64,000 bases of DNA from NCBI GenBank assembly GCA_049570475.1, contig CP186953.1:896185-960184 (forward strand), given 5' to 3'. Made by a program: the position numbers and the translations under genes. The stretch is from Candidatus Methanosuratincola verstraetei. Lineage in GTDB: Archaea > Thermoproteota > Methanomethylicia > Methanomethylicales > Methanomethylicaceae. Positions 43,504 through 54,147 of this stretch are shown here, piece after piece. The first letter of the stretch is position 1; each line of letters opens with the position of its first letter. The notes under the pieces are model-generated. The model worked only from the letters and a program-made list of their open reading frames with translations. It had not been told where the DNA came from and did not search any database.

Positions 43504-46500
43504 CTAGATCTTCTCAATGCTTATCGTGTACTTCTCTCCCTCGATCTCCCATGCCTCTGGGGTCCCAAAATCGGGTTCCTGTAGAGATATCCTGAGCTCC
43601 TTTGCTCTTACTTCCCCTGCAATCTGTGTCGCCCTGCTCTCGAGCGCCCTCCTCGCGTCCTCCGAAGGCGCTGTCACAAACGCTTTGATGTAGTCGTCCA
43701 CGTTCAGGTCAGCGCGTTTTCTCATCTCCTGTATCCTCCTCACAACATCCCTGGCTAGCCCCTCGGCAAGCAACTCATCGCTCCTTGTGGTATCGATGAA
43801 TATCTCCCCATACTTGCACTTCTCGCTCCTATAGTTCTCAGGGAGCCTCTCTTGGACATTCACATACTCCCTCTTCACTTCCACCCTGCCCACCCCGTCT
43901 ACCTCCACCCAGACCGCCTCACCGCGCGCGAAGGAGTCCATGGCCCCCTTCCCGTTGAGTTTGCTGATGGCATCAGCCACCCTCCCGCTCTTTTCCCTGA
44001 AGACTGGGCCGAGGATTGACCTGTTGGGGATCAGGATCACGTCCTTCATCCTCCACCCCTCTTCGGGCGTTATAACCTCCACTTCCTTCACGTTCGCCTG
44101 GTCCTCGATCACTCCCTTCATCCTCTCTATTGCCGCCTTCACCGATTCGCTATCAGTCACGACCTTCATCCTGAGGAGTGGCATTCTGGTCTTTATCCTG
44201 GCGGCCTGCCTCGTGCTGAATGATGCCTCAATCACTTCTTTGACCACTTTCATCTCCTCCTCAAGCTTTGGATCAATCCTCTCTTCAGATGGGGTCGGCC
44301 ACTTGAGCATGTGTACGCTCTCCGGCATCCCCTCCAGGCCAGCGAAGACGTTCCGGTAGATATCCTCCGACATGAATGGGACTATGGGTGCGATCAGTTT
44401 CAGGTAATTCAAGAGGACATGGCTCAGGGTCGCATATGCGGCTAGCTTGTCCGGGTCCTCCTCCTCCGTCCAAGTCCTCCTCCTGATCAGTTTTATGTAC
44501 CACCTGCTGACGTCGTCCCTCATGAACTCCTCTAGCTCCCTCACCGCATCGAAGACCCTGCAGCCTGCCATCGCCTCGGTAACCCTCTTGATCAGGCCCT
44601 CGAGCTTTGAGATTATCCACCTGTCCTCCAGCCTGAGATCCTTCTCAACGCTCCCGATCGTGTGCTTCCCAGGATCGAAATTGTCAAGGCTCATGTAGAG
44701 GCTGGCGAAGTAGTACGTGCTCCAGAGGATGTTGAGGAATCTTGCGGTCTCCTCTATCGACTTCCAAGTGAACCTTAGGTCCTCCCATGTAGTGCACCCG
44801 AGCTCGTACCATCTAAGCGTGTCCCTTCCAAACTTCTCTATTACCTCCTCGGGGAAGACGACATTGCCTAGGGACTTGTGCATTGCCCTTCCGTCTTGGG
44901 CAGTGGTGAAACCGTGCATCAAAACCCGCCTGTACGGCGCCTCATTGAAGAGCACGACGCTGCAGACCATAAGCGTGTAGAACCAACCTCTGGTCTGGTC
45001 CTGCCCTTCAAGGATCAGGTCTGCCGGCCACCACCTCTCGAAACCTTCCTGCCTCTTCGGGTAGCCTAGGCATGCGAACGAGGCAGACCCTGAATCCATC
45101 CAGACGTCAGCGACATCCGGCACCCTTTGCATCTCCCCGCCGCATCCACACCTCAGCTTTATCCTATCCACCCAAGGGCGGTGGAGCTCGATCTCTCCGG
45201 AACCGGGGGCGCTCTCTCTCAGCTCTTCTATGGATCCAATGACGCGGTGCTTGCCGCAGGAGTCGCAGACCCAGATCGGGAGAGGTATCCCCCAGTACCT
45301 CTGCCTCGATATCACCCAGTCCTTCGCGTTCTTTATCCAGTTGCCGAACCTCGCTTTCCCTGCCCACTCCGGTATCCATTCGACCTTCTCATTCTCCTCG
45401 AGTAGGCGCTCCTTGAGTTCCGTGACCTTGATGAACCACTGCGAGGCAGTCCTCAGGATCAGGGGCGTCTTGCACCTCCAGCAGTGTGGGTACCTGTGCC
45501 TCGTCCTCTCCGTCTTGAACAGCAGTCCTTTGGACTTGAGATCCTCTATTATCTCCCCGTTCGTCTCCCTAACACTCTTCCCGGCGTACTTGCCCGCCTC
45601 ATTGGTAAAGCGCCCGCGCTCGTCCACGGGGCAGAAGTCTGGCAGCCCGTACTCCTCACCGACGGCGTGATCCTCCTCGCCGTGTCCTGGTGCGGTGTGG
45701 ACGCATCCAGTGCCTTCCTCCAGCGTGACGAACTGGTCGCTGAGTACGACGAAGTGCGCAGGGCTCAGCTTCGACTGCTCAGGCACTTCCTCTAGGAGAG
45801 GTGCCCTGTACCTGAGGCCCCTCATGTAGGATCCGGGGAACTTCTCCAAGACCTCGTATTCCCTGCCTGTGTCGGAGAACACGTGGTCGAGCCTCGCCTC
45901 CGCAAGGATGTATGTCTCCCCTCCAGATCTCGCGCGCACGTACATGAAATCAGGGTGCACCATCACGGCGGCATTCGCAGGCAGAGTCCACGGCGTTGTG
46001 GTCCAGATCAGTATGTACTCGTTTTCCTTGCCCTCGACCTTGAACTTCACATATATGGACTCTTCTTCCAGTTCCCTGTACTCGTCCGTGGCCTCGTACC
46101 CTGCTAGCACCGTCTCGCACCTCGGGCACCAGTGGACGACCTTCTTACCCTTCCCGAGGAGCCCTCTCTCGTCTGCCCTCTTCAGCATCGCCCAGACCGA
46201 CTCTATGTAGTAGTCGTCGAGGGTCCTGTAGGGGGAATTCCAGTCCATCCAGACCCCGAGGTTCTTGAATTGCCTTGTCGCGATCTGGAGGTTCTCGAGG
46301 GCAAACGACTTGCACGCCTTTATGAAGTTCTCTATCCCCATCGTCTCTATCTCTTTCTTGCTCTTTATTCCGATCTTCTTCTCTACCATCACTTCTATAG
46401 GTAGACCGTGCATGTCGAACCCTGGCTGGTCCCTAACCCTGAAGCCGTTCATCCTGTAAAATCTGATGTAGGCATCCTTGAGTATCTTGTTCCATGCCGT

Positions 46501-46671
46501 GCCTACATGTATCGGGTTCGTCACGTACGGCGGTCCGTCCAGGAAGTAGAACTTCTCTTGCCCGGCTTGCCTCGCCTTCTCCTCTATCCCTTTTTCCCGC
46601 CAGTACGCGAAAACCTCTTCTTCTACCTGCTTCGACTTGTAGTCCTTTGGAATCTTGCCTATGCGCGACAT
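43504..46671 (-). CDS. ileS: isoleucyl-tRNA synthetase
   Basis: 1055 aa with the HIGH-type PPYVTNPIHVGTAWNK, a KMSKS-type AMHKSLGN, an editing domain and Zn Cys pairs. Confidence 0.95.
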   Translation of the reverse strand: MSRIGKIPKDYKSKQVEEEVFAYWREKGIEEKARQAGQEKFYFLDGPPYVTNPIHVGTAWNKILKDAYIRFYRMNGFRVRDQPGFDMHGLPIEVMVEKKIGIKSKKEIETMGIENFIKACKSFALENLQIATRQFKNLGVWMDWNSPYRTLDDYYIESVWAMLKRADERGLLGKGKKVVHWCPRCETVLAGYEATDEYRELEEESIYVKFKVEGKENEYILIWTTTPWTLPANAAVMVHPDFMYVRARSGGETYILAEARLDHVFSDTGREYEVLEKFPGSYMRGLRYRAPLLEEVPEQSKLSPAHFVVLSDQFVTLEEGTGCVHTAPGHGEEDHAVGEEYGLPDFCPVDERGRFTNEAGKYAGKSVRETNGEIIEDLKSKGLLFKTERTRHRYPHCWRCKTPLILRTASQWFIKVTELKERLLEENEKVEWIPEWAGKARFGNWIKNAKDWVISRQRYWGIPLPIWVCDSCGKHRVIGSIEELRESAPGSGEIELHRPWVDRIKLRCGCGGEMQRVPDVADVWMDSGSASFACLGYPKRQEGFERWWPADLILEGQDQTRGWFYTLMVCSVVLFNEAPYRRVLMHGFTTAQDGRAMHKSLGNVVFPEEVIEKFGRDTLRWYELGCTTWEDLRFTWKSIEETARFLNILWSTYYFASLYMSLDNFDPGKHTIGSVEKDLRLEDRWIISKLEGLIKRVTEAMAGCRVFDAVRELEEFMRDDVSRWYIKLIRRRTWTEEEDPDKLAAYATLSHVLLNYLKLIAPIVPFMSEDIYRNVFAGLEGMPESVHMLKWPTPSEERIDPKLEEEMKVVKEVIEASFSTRQAARIKTRMPLLRMKVVTDSESVKAAIERMKGVIEDQANVKEVEVITPEEGWRMKDVILIPNRSILGPVFREKSGRVADAISKLNGKGAMDSFARGEAVWVEVDGVGRVEVKREYVNVQERLPENYRSEKCKYGEIFIDTTRSDELLAEGLARDVVRRIQEMRKRADLNVDDYIKAFVTAPSEDARRALESRATQIAGEVRAKELRISLQEPDFGTPEAWEIEGEKYTISIEKI

Positions 46672-46818
46672 GCCGTCTGCCCCAGATACCTGAAATCTTT
46701 TGCCGCTTCGATATTAACCCTTTCCTTGGAGCCCTGCTGCCCCTATTCTGATCCAGTTAAACACCATAGGGTTTAAATTGCTCTCGGGATAAGGTCAATT
46801 GTTTTGGTGATATAAACA

Positions 46819-48852
46819 ATGAGCCGTAAGGCAAACTTCCCTTTGAGGAGCCTTAAGTTGGGAATTAACGACCTTCTCGTTTACGTCTCGCTGATCGCTA
46901 TACTCGCCCTCGGAGTGACCGTACGCCTGCTCCCGCTGAAATGGGGGATTTACCTCGACGAATTCGATCCGTACATCCAGTACAAAGGGGCTCAGTACAT
47001 CGTCGAGAACGGCTTCAGCGCATGGTACACTTGGTTCGACCCCACGAGGTGGGCGCCCTGGGGGACCGACCAGTCCACGGCTGGACTGCCGGGGGTACCG
47101 TTCGCGGGCGCTGCCGTGTTCCTGCTGCTGAACTTCCTCGGAATAAGCGTCCCGCTCTTTGATGTGGTCGTCTTCTTCCCGGTTTTCGCCGGCGGCGTGA
47201 TCATCATCTTGGGCTACTTCCTCGGAAAGGAGCTGGTGAATAGGGGGGTGGGACTGCTGACCTCGCTGATCCTTGCCATCGACTCAACTGCCATCCAACG
47301 GACCTCCCTCGGCTTCTTCGACACGGAGTCCGTCGGGATGATTGGGATGCTCATAGCCCTTGTCTTCTTCGTCAAGTCGCTCAAGGGCAGGACTGTCCCT
47401 TATGCCGTGGTCTCAGGGCTCGGGCTCGCCCTCATGGCTATCTCGTGGAGGGCCTTCCTCTACACAATAAACTTCCTTGCGCTCTACGTGGTGGTAATGG
47501 TGCTGCTGGGGAGGTGGAACAGGCGCATGACAACTTCGTTCGCAATCGTCTCCTCGATAACGCTCTTTGCCGTCGCGGCGACACCTGCTTATGGCTTCTC
47601 CACCCTCATCTCCCCATACACAATAGGCGCCTATGTGGCATTCCTTGTTTGCATCGTCAGGGCGCTCGCCGAGGGGATCCCTGACCCTAAGAAGCGCACC
47701 AAGTTCACCATCGGCGTCGTCGCCTCGGTCTTGGTCGTGGTTGGCGCGCTCACGCTGTCTGGGGTGTTCGGAGACATCACTGGGAAGTTCTTGGCAATCG
47801 TGAACCCCTTTTCGCGCACGGACGAGGGCGTCAGGACGGTCGGGGAGCAATTCCCGTCCACCTGGTCACAGTTCTTCTCGACATACCGCTCCTTGATACT
47901 GCTGCTGCCTGTGGGGATTCTATATGCGTTGAGGCGCCTCAGTGACGAGGCCATCTTCATAACACTGCTTGCCATCACCGCTCTCTATGGCGCTGGATCC
48001 TTCGTCCGCCTGCTGATACTCGTCGCACCCGCAGTGGCGATAGCCTCTGGGTATGCCCTCAGCTCCATAATCGCAACGGTCCGCCCCGTCCTGAAGCACG
48101 AACTGGACCGTAAGAGCAAGGCTTCCCTGCTTGGCAAGTACTATGGTTTCTTCACTATAGCCCTCATCGCAGCCACGATAGTTCCGGTTGTCGCGGACTC
48201 CCCTGGGATCAGGTATGCGGACCGCCCTGCAATGATTGTGTCCGCCTCAACGGGTATGCGCCAGGAGATCCCTGACTGGATCGAAGCGCTCGCCTGGATG
48301 AGGGACAACATACCTCAGGACGCGATTGTCGGGTGCTGGTGGGACTATGGATACTGGATTAACGTCATGGCCAACAAATCCGTGATCGACGACAACGCTA
48401 CCATCAACGGGACCCAGATCGTCCAGGTTGCTAAGGCCTTCCTCAACAACGAGTCCGTTTCGCTCGAGATCTTTAGGGCGATGAACGTCTCTTACGTCGT
48501 GGTCTATGAACCATTCACACGGGTGTCGACAAACCCGCCGCTGGCCCTGCCTCCATGGTACATACTTGGAGACTTTGAGAAGTCCACCGCCATGATGGTC
48601 TGGGCGGGATACAATTCTACTGATTACATCTCCCCTGTGACGATAAACTTGGGAGGGGTCCTCTACAGCTACCCGTTGCCCGCCGGACCGAAGGCTGCAA
48701 ATGCCACGCTATACCAGCTGCTCTTCTACCCATACAGGGATGCGTACAACCAGACTTTAGGGATTCGAATACCTGCCCCTCAGAACTACCAGCTTGTATA
48801 CATCTCTCCCAGCAACGGGTGGGTGATGATATACAAGATCAATTACCCATGA
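46819..48852 (+). CDS. aglB: archaeal oligosaccharyltransferase AglB (STT3 family)
   Basis: Multi-TM N-terminal domain with the DEFDP acidic motif, and WWDYGYWI in the C-terminal domain. Confidence 0.9.
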   Translation: MSRKANFPLRSLKLGINDLLVYVSLIAILALGVTVRLLPLKWGIYLDEFDPYIQYKGAQYIVENGFSAWYTWFDPTRWAPWGTDQSTAGLPGVPFAGAAVFLLLNFLGISVPLFDVVVFFPVFAGGVIIILGYFLGKELVNRGVGLLTSLILAIDSTAIQRTSLGFFDTESVGMIGMLIALVFFVKSLKGRTVPYAVVSGLGLALMAISWRAFLYTINFLALYVVVMVLLGRWNRRMTTSFAIVSSITLFAVAATPAYGFSTLISPYTIGAYVAFLVCIVRALAEGIPDPKKRTKFTIGVVASVLVVVGALTLSGVFGDITGKFLAIVNPFSRTDEGVRTVGEQFPSTWSQFFSTYRSLILLLPVGILYALRRLSDEAIFITLLAITALYGAGSFVRLLILVAPAVAIASGYALSSIIATVRPVLKHELDRKSKASLLGKYYGFFTIALIAATIVPVVADSPGIRYADRPAMIVSASTGMRQEIPDWIEALAWMRDNIPQDAIVGCWWDYGYWINVMANKSVIDDNATINGTQIVQVAKAFLNNESVSLEIFRAMNVSYVVVYEPFTRVSTNPPLALPPWYILGDFEKSTAMMVWAGYNSTDYISPVTINLGGVLYSYPLPAGPKAANATLYQLLFYPYRDAYNQTLGIRIPAPQNYQLVYISPSNGWVMIYKINYP

Positions 48853-48904
48853 CTTCCCGTCCCGTCTGGCGATTGGGGACAATGAGCCCCCTTTTCTTTT
48901 TCCT

Positions 48905-49090
48905 TTAACCCTCTTCTTCCTTCGCGTCGGCTTCCTTAAGGGCCAGCCTGAACCTGCTGTATCTGTCGTGGGGAGAGAACTTTGCAGGATGCGGGATCCT
49001 GAGACTACCGCCGCACCTCGGGCAGGAGTCCTGTTTCAGCGTGTATGCGCCGCATGATGTGCATTTCCTGAGCATTCCCTTCATTTGCAC
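48905..49090 (-). CDS. nop10: H/ACA RNP protein Nop10
   Basis: LRKCTSCGAYTLKQDSCPRCGG ... HPAKFSPHDRYSRFR. Confidence 0.88.
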   Translation of the reverse strand: MQMKGMLRKCTSCGAYTLKQDSCPRCGGSLRIPHPAKFSPHDRYSRFRLALKEADAKEEEG

Positions 49091-49097
49091 AGCGCCT

Positions 49098-49886
49098 CTA
49101 GCGGACGAATTCTGCAGTCCCGCCCGATTTCCTGAAGGTGTTAGCTATTGCCTCGAACGCTGACTTCATCTGCTCCTCGGCAACCCTGTAGTCCTTGGCA
49201 GAGATCTCTATCCTGTACCTTGGGGCGCCCAGAGTGTAAACCTCTACATTTGCCACTTTCGGATCGACCGCCTTCATCCCTTCGCTGAGCGCCCTCTTGA
49301 TTTCTTCGACCCCCTCAGGTCTGTTCGTGGCAAGCTTAACCTCGCCCGTTATCTGGACCATTGGCGCTTCTATGTGGTCCTTTGAAGCATCATACAGCGC
49401 CCTCGCCCAATCCTCGCTTATTCCTGCCTCTAAGACCGCCTTCGTCCCCCTCTGAACGAGTTGCTCTAGCCCAGCGTATAGATCGCCGTATTTTTCCTCG
49501 AGTGGGATCCCGACCAGCTTGATCGCATCCTGGGGCTCCTTCCCAAGCTTCTTGGCTGCCATCTCCAGGATCTTTTCAGCTTTCTTCGACTTCTTCCACT
49601 GGATGAGCTTCTCCTTCTTCTCCCTCTCGGTTACCTTCCTGAGGGAAAGGTCGATGTGACCCTTCCTTTCGTCGATCCTGATCACCTTTAGGACGAGTTT
49701 TTGCCCCTCCTTTACAAAGTCCTTGATGTTCTTTACCCATGTTGAGGCGACCTCGCCTATCGGTACATAGCCGTTCTTGCCATACTCGTCCAGGCTTACG
49801 TAGACGCCGTGCTCCTGAAGCCTAACAGCAGTCGCAATCACGAACTCCCCGATCTCCGGGTATTCTTTCTTTCTGAGAACCATCAT
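49098..49886 (-). CDS. eif2a: translation initiation factor aIF2 alpha subunit
   Basis: S1 domain YPEIGEFVIATAVRLQEHGVYVSLDEY and the conserved middle and C-terminal domains. ATG at 49886/49883 preferred over 49928. Confidence 0.9.
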   Translation of the reverse strand: MMVLRKKEYPEIGEFVIATAVRLQEHGVYVSLDEYGKNGYVPIGEVASTWVKNIKDFVKEGQKLVLKVIRIDERKGHIDLSLRKVTEREKKEKLIQWKKSKKAEKILEMAAKKLGKEPQDAIKLVGIPLEEKYGDLYAGLEQLVQRGTKAVLEAGISEDWARALYDASKDHIEAPMVQITGEVKLATNRPEGVEEIKRALSEGMKAVDPKVANVEVYTLGAPRYRIEISAKDYRVAEEQMKSAFEAIANTFRKSGGTAEFVR

Positions 49887-50015
49887 CAAACACCTACAAT
49901 CCATTGACGGGTGAGCTTGAACTTCCAACTCGAAGTAAGCATATTGAACGACAAGTTATAAGTTTATCCCAAAAGCTCTAGGGCAGAATATTGCCCTATA
50001 AAAAATGGTGGGCTT

Positions 50016-50222
50016 CTAGCTTATTTCCCTGACCTTGTCAGAGAGGATCTCGCTCTTGCCTCCGGTCGGCAGAGCCAGGTCCTTCCCGCAAATGTTGCAC
50101 TTCACAACAGTGGCGACGTGCGAGAATACTGGCTGCTCGTTCCCGCACTCCGGGCACTGGACCATGTAGAACTTGCTTCTCGGCACAGGCGTGAGCATCT
50201 CTTTCCTCTTCATATCATGCAC
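50016..50222 (-). CDS. rps27e: ribosomal protein S27e (eS27)
   Basis: FYMVQCPECGNEQPVFSHVATVVKCNICG zinc ribbon. Confidence 0.9.
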   Translation of the reverse strand: MHDMKRKEMLTPVPRSKFYMVQCPECGNEQPVFSHVATVVKCNICGKDLALPTGGKSEILSDKVREIS

Positions 50223-50223
50223 C

Positions 50224-50499
50224 TCAGACTATCTCCAGCTTCTTTAGCCTGATTCCTTTCCTCTGGTTCTGGTAGCCGCACTTCTTGCACTTCAGCTTTA
50301 GGCTAAGCTTCTTGGTCGTCTTGGCCGTCCTCTTCTGGACCGGCTTCCTCGAGCTGCCGTAGCCTAGCTTTTTCCTCTCGTACCTCCTTGTGCCCTCTGC
50401 CAGCGCCCTCTCCTTGCCTTTCTTGTAAAGGGTCACGCTGTGGGCCGTGTAAGCCTTACACCTTGGGCAGTACGTGTTTATCTCTTTTGGTGCCTTCAT
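50224..50499 (-). CDS. rpl44e: ribosomal protein L44e (eL42)
   Basis: YCPRCKAYTAHSV ... KKCGY, highly basic. Conserved L44e-S27e-aIF2a-Nop10 gene order. Confidence 0.9.
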   Translation of the reverse strand: MKAPKEINTYCPRCKAYTAHSVTLYKKGKERALAEGTRRYERKKLGYGSSRKPVQKRTAKTTKKLSLKLKCKKCGYQNQRKGIRLKKLEIV

Positions 50500-50504
50500 C
50501 TCGA

Positions 50505-51029
50505 TTACCTCTTGATCTCTGCTGCGATCCCCCTCTTGATGAGGGCTTCAGCGTTCTGCGCTGGAAGCAGCGCAACGTCCTCGGTCTTATAGGGGCCATA
50601 TGTTTTTAAATCTACCCCTATGAACGGTGGAACATCTCCAAGCAATCTGGCTAATATCTTTTTCGTACCACATGCAGGAGCCTGTTCCGGAGCTTTTTCC
50701 TTGAAGAACCCCTTCTCATCCTCAAGCAGCCTCTCAGGATCGAGGGTCCCAGAAAGGAAGTCCCTGCATATCTTGGACTTCCTGAGCAGCCTGAGCTCCG
50801 CAAGCGCAGTCTTGGCCCTATTCAGCTCCTCCTGCATCAGCCTGCCCCTCACGCCTTCCGCGCCCCCGGCGAGCTCCTCAAGATACCTGTTCACTTCGTG
50901 GATGAACCCGTCCGGGAGCCTCTGCAGCTCCTGGCTCTCCCTCTCAGCCGTCCAGAAGTCCAGTATCCTCCTGTACAAATCCGTTTCACCTCGGCTCGGC
51001 CGCTCCTCTGCATATAAGGTATAGACCAA
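50505..51029 (-). CDS. GINS complex subunit (Gins51/Gins15-like)
   Basis: A-domain-like N-terminus (LYRRILDFW ... LPDGFIHEV). B-domain-like C-terminus (PPFIGVDLKTYGPYKTEDVALLPAQNAEALIKRGIA). Classic position downstream of priS. Confidence 0.65.
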   Translation of the reverse strand: MVYTLYAEERPSRGETDLYRRILDFWTAERESQELQRLPDGFIHEVNRYLEELAGGAEGVRGRLMQEELNRAKTALAELRLLRKSKICRDFLSGTLDPERLLEDEKGFFKEKAPEQAPACGTKKILARLLGDVPPFIGVDLKTYGPYKTEDVALLPAQNAEALIKRGIAAEIKR

Positions 51030-52209
51030 GCGCCAGGGGAACCTCCAACGTTTTGTCCTTCAGAGGCCCCAGCTCTTCGTCCCCTATCCTTACACGAGGG
51101 GCTTCTTTAACATATATCCTTATACTGCCGTGCCTGAAGGCTACAGCCTCCTTAAGCGGGTCGAAATTGTCGATGCAGCTGTAGTTCACACGTAGCGTCC
51201 TGAGCCCCGACTTCCCGTGCAGGCTGTTTGGGCACCTTATCAGCCTTTTTGAATCGATGGTGACCCTCTCGTCTATGTTGCAAGTGAGGCCCTTGATCGA
51301 CGCGAACGCTATTTTTTCGAGGCTCTCTAGCGTGTATCCCTTCAGGCCGCCCCAGTAGGGCGGGTAGGATGATATGTTCCTGAGGAACTTTTCCTTGTTC
51401 TCGTAAAGGCTCTTCGCCACGGTTGGGGCGACTACCTTTCTCATATCCTCGAGTGAAGACCTGTTGACGAATTCATAGACTGCCCTTGCGACCCTGCCCC
51501 TCCAGCCGCCATCTTTCATGTCTGGGCCCACTAGTATCCCACTCTTTTCCTCCCTGAATCCATGCGCCCTAATGTCGAGCCCGATGCCCCTCACATAGTC
51601 GGCAATCTCCCTCCTCCCGTCCCCTGAGAGCATACGGAACGTTCCGCCCCTCACGTGTATGTGGTAACCCCTATGTCCGGAGAAGAAAACCTCGAAATCG
51701 GATTCCGAGACCCCAAAGTCTGGGAGGAGGTACTCATCGATTATCTTTACCACTTCCTTCTTTGCGGCCTCCAGGCAATCTTCGCAGATCCAGGTCCGCG
51801 TGTCGATCTTCTTCATCCCGCAGTTTGGGCAGCTCTCGGGGGGGAAGCCAGTCCCGTCCCTCCCACACTCCATGCAGCGCCACCGATCATGCCTCTCCTT
51901 GCACTCTGTCCTTATGTGGTCCGAATCAACATCGAAGATGAGATCCGCCCCGAGCCACCCCTTTTCATTCATATCAGTCGCCTCGGGGGCCTTGTAATAA
52001 GCCGAGGAATGGTAGATATGTGCAGGCGTGTTCTCCACGATGTAGCCCTTCAGTGATTGTGGATCGAGGAACTTCATGTGTCTTATCATTACCTCTCCGC
52101 CGAACTGGAGGAATGCAAACTCCCTCTCCGGCATATCCGGTATCTCGAGATCCTCCGCCCTCAATCCTGAGTAGTACTCCCTAAACTCCTTTCTTACGAT
52201 CTCGTGCAC
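50986..52209 (-). CDS. priS: DNA primase small (catalytic) subunit PriS
   Basis: ADLIFDVDSDH catalytic acidic motif, Zn motif CMECG ... CPNCG, FSGHRGYHIHV. Confidence 0.92.
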   Translation of the reverse strand: MHEIVRKEFREYYSGLRAEDLEIPDMPEREFAFLQFGGEVMIRHMKFLDPQSLKGYIVENTPAHIYHSSAYYKAPEATDMNEKGWLGADLIFDVDSDHIRTECKERHDRWRCMECGRDGTGFPPESCPNCGMKKIDTRTWICEDCLEAAKKEVVKIIDEYLLPDFGVSESDFEVFFSGHRGYHIHVRGGTFRMLSGDGRREIADYVRGIGLDIRAHGFREEKSGILVGPDMKDGGWRGRVARAVYEFVNRSSLEDMRKVVAPTVAKSLYENKEKFLRNISSYPPYWGGLKGYTLESLEKIAFASIKGLTCNIDERVTIDSKRLIRCPNSLHGKSGLRTLRVNYSCIDNFDPLKEAVAFRHGSIRIYVKEAPRVRIGDEELGPLKDKTLEVPLALGLYLICRGAAEPR

Positions 52210-53263
52210 CAGTTTGACCTCCGGGTTTTCTCATTCTCCTGAGCTTATTCCTGTAATAGTTGAGAGGGTGCTTGGCGTTCCTGCAGAACTCATCCATGCC
52301 GACGCATAGCCCGAAAGACCTTAGCACGTCGCATTTCGGGGGTTTGTACTTCGTCCTCGATCCGATCATCCCTGCTATGTGCTCGATCTGATACCTTGCC
52401 TTCCCTTCGTCGAAATCCGCAACATTCCCGAAGAGCTTTAGAACATCGTCAACACTTTCGCCAACATTCACCATGAACGTGGTAAGCGCGAACCTTGCCA
52501 TGTGCGAAAGGCTTTTTCCGGCCTTGACATCTTCCATTATTGCGACTATGCAAGGCGGCCTGGCGTCGCTTACAAGGCCCTGGGGCAGCTCATCATCAAA
52601 CTGCATGTTCTCTTGCGCATACCTCTGTATCTCATCAAGGTAAGGCGCGAGTGCTTCGGGAATCCGGAAATTGTGCAGCTCCCTCTCGGAAGCCCTCCTG
52701 ATGATCTTGGTCTTGAAGCCCTCGGAAATGAGCCGGGCAAGGCTTCCGGAATTGAGGAAGACGCGCCCGCCTTTTACGTACCTGTTGATGAGCTTCCAGT
52801 GGGGATCGTTGAAGCTGGTGGCCGCCTCAAGGTATGACTGGAGAGGGATGCTGAAAGGCAGCTCCTCCCATTCGAGCCTTAGGTCAACGGGCTCGATCTC
52901 CCATGAAAAACCAGACTTCGCAATCTCTAAGAGCTTATCCCTTGGCTCTCTTCTGAGCTCCTCCTCCACCCGTTTGGCCTCGATCGTGGCGAACCTGTTG
53001 AGAAGCCAGTTGGACTTGCTTCCGTACACAAGCGCAAGTGAGAGCGGGTAGGATATTATCTCGGATTCTAGGTCAGAAAGATCCGCCGGATTGATCTTCC
53101 TGTCTATGCTATCCTTTATCCTTGTCAATGCCTTGCGTAGTATGCCTGAATACTCCTCGGCTGCGAGATCGCCGAGGTTCAGCTGCATGCTCTCAATATA
53201 TGCTATTGATTGTTTGAGAAATGGGTATTTGGCGAGGTCTTCCTTGGTCAGCATCAGGCTCAT
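52181..53263 (-). CDS. priL: DNA primase large subunit PriL
   Basis: PPCI ... HMARFALTTF ... the C-terminal Cys ligands of the Fe-S domain (KCDVLRSFGLCVGMDEFC). Overlaps priS by 29 nt. Confidence 0.88.
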   Translation of the reverse strand: MSLMLTKEDLAKYPFLKQSIAYIESMQLNLGDLAAEEYSGILRKALTRIKDSIDRKINPADLSDLESEIISYPLSLALVYGSKSNWLLNRFATIEAKRVEEELRREPRDKLLEIAKSGFSWEIEPVDLRLEWEELPFSIPLQSYLEAATSFNDPHWKLINRYVKGGRVFLNSGSLARLISEGFKTKIIRRASERELHNFRIPEALAPYLDEIQRYAQENMQFDDELPQGLVSDARPPCIVAIMEDVKAGKSLSHMARFALTTFMVNVGESVDDVLKLFGNVADFDEGKARYQIEHIAGMIGSRTKYKPPKCDVLRSFGLCVGMDEFCRNAKHPLNYYRNKLRRMRKPGGQTGARDRKKGV

Positions 53264-53276
53264 CTATCAACTCTGG

Positions 53277-54029
53277 CTACTCCGACTCCATCCTCGGGGC
53301 CAGGTAGTAGACTATCTTGCCTCCGCTGGAGAGGTTGAAGTCCAGCCTCAGCGGCATTTCCTTTGAGAACATGATCGCCACTATCTCAGCCAACGATGCC
53401 GCCGTCATCATTTTGCTCAGGTAGTTCAGGCTATAGAGCGCCTGTGATGGCTCCTTTACCTCGACAGAAAGCAGCTCCCCGCTCTCCTTGGTGATCACGA
53501 CTTCAACCTCGCCCCTGTCTCCGCTCGCGGTGATCTTCATCTGCCCGTCTTCTACCGACATCCGGACAAAGTCGCTCACCACTTCTGCGTCCTTTATAGC
53601 CTCCGTGATCGTGGAAGCTGGGGCCTTCACTGTGACGTTGAACGGGATCCTTGGCACCGAGAGCTCCTCCTTTCCGGTGTCAAGAAGCGGCAATGAGAAA
53701 GTTCTCGTAGTCTTCCCCCTGAGCCTCATCTTTAGCCGTGCTTCATCCTCGCCCTTCTCGATCTCCAGCTTCTCGTTCGATCCTGCCCTCCTCATCACAT
53801 TCTTCATGTCCTCGAAATTGACGCCGATCGGGACTTCGCCAGAGCACTCGTAGCTCTCGAATGCCCCCTTGGGGAGATCCAAGTCGACCATCGCAACCCT
53901 CGATGGATCCATGGCCCTCAGCTTTATCCCTGACGGGTCAGCTACAAATACGCCCTCGTCCACGAGGGTTGAGACAGACTCAATTATGCTCTTCCAGACC
54001 CTGCTGTCGGCGAGAACCGCTTTAAACAC
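53277..54029 (-). CDS. pcn: DNA polymerase sliding clamp PCNA
   Basis: MFKAVLADSRVWKSIIESVSTLVDEGVF ... LRAMDPSRVAMVDL. 250 aa. Confidence 0.92.
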   Translation of the reverse strand: MFKAVLADSRVWKSIIESVSTLVDEGVFVADPSGIKLRAMDPSRVAMVDLDLPKGAFESYECSGEVPIGVNFEDMKNVMRRAGSNEKLEIEKGEDEARLKMRLRGKTTRTFSLPLLDTGKEELSVPRIPFNVTVKAPASTITEAIKDAEVVSDFVRMSVEDGQMKITASGDRGEVEVVITKESGELLSVEVKEPSQALYSLNYLSKMMTAASLAEIVAIMFSKEMPLRLDFNLSSGGKIVYYLAPRMESE

Positions 54030-54147
54030 ATTCGTCCCTCCAGCTCAACCTATAAACTGTCTTAATACTTAAGAACTGCTGTCTGTGGGCAGCATGCGCC
54101 TCAGGCGCGGGGATCGTGACAAAATGAATTGGGACTGAGCTGAATCC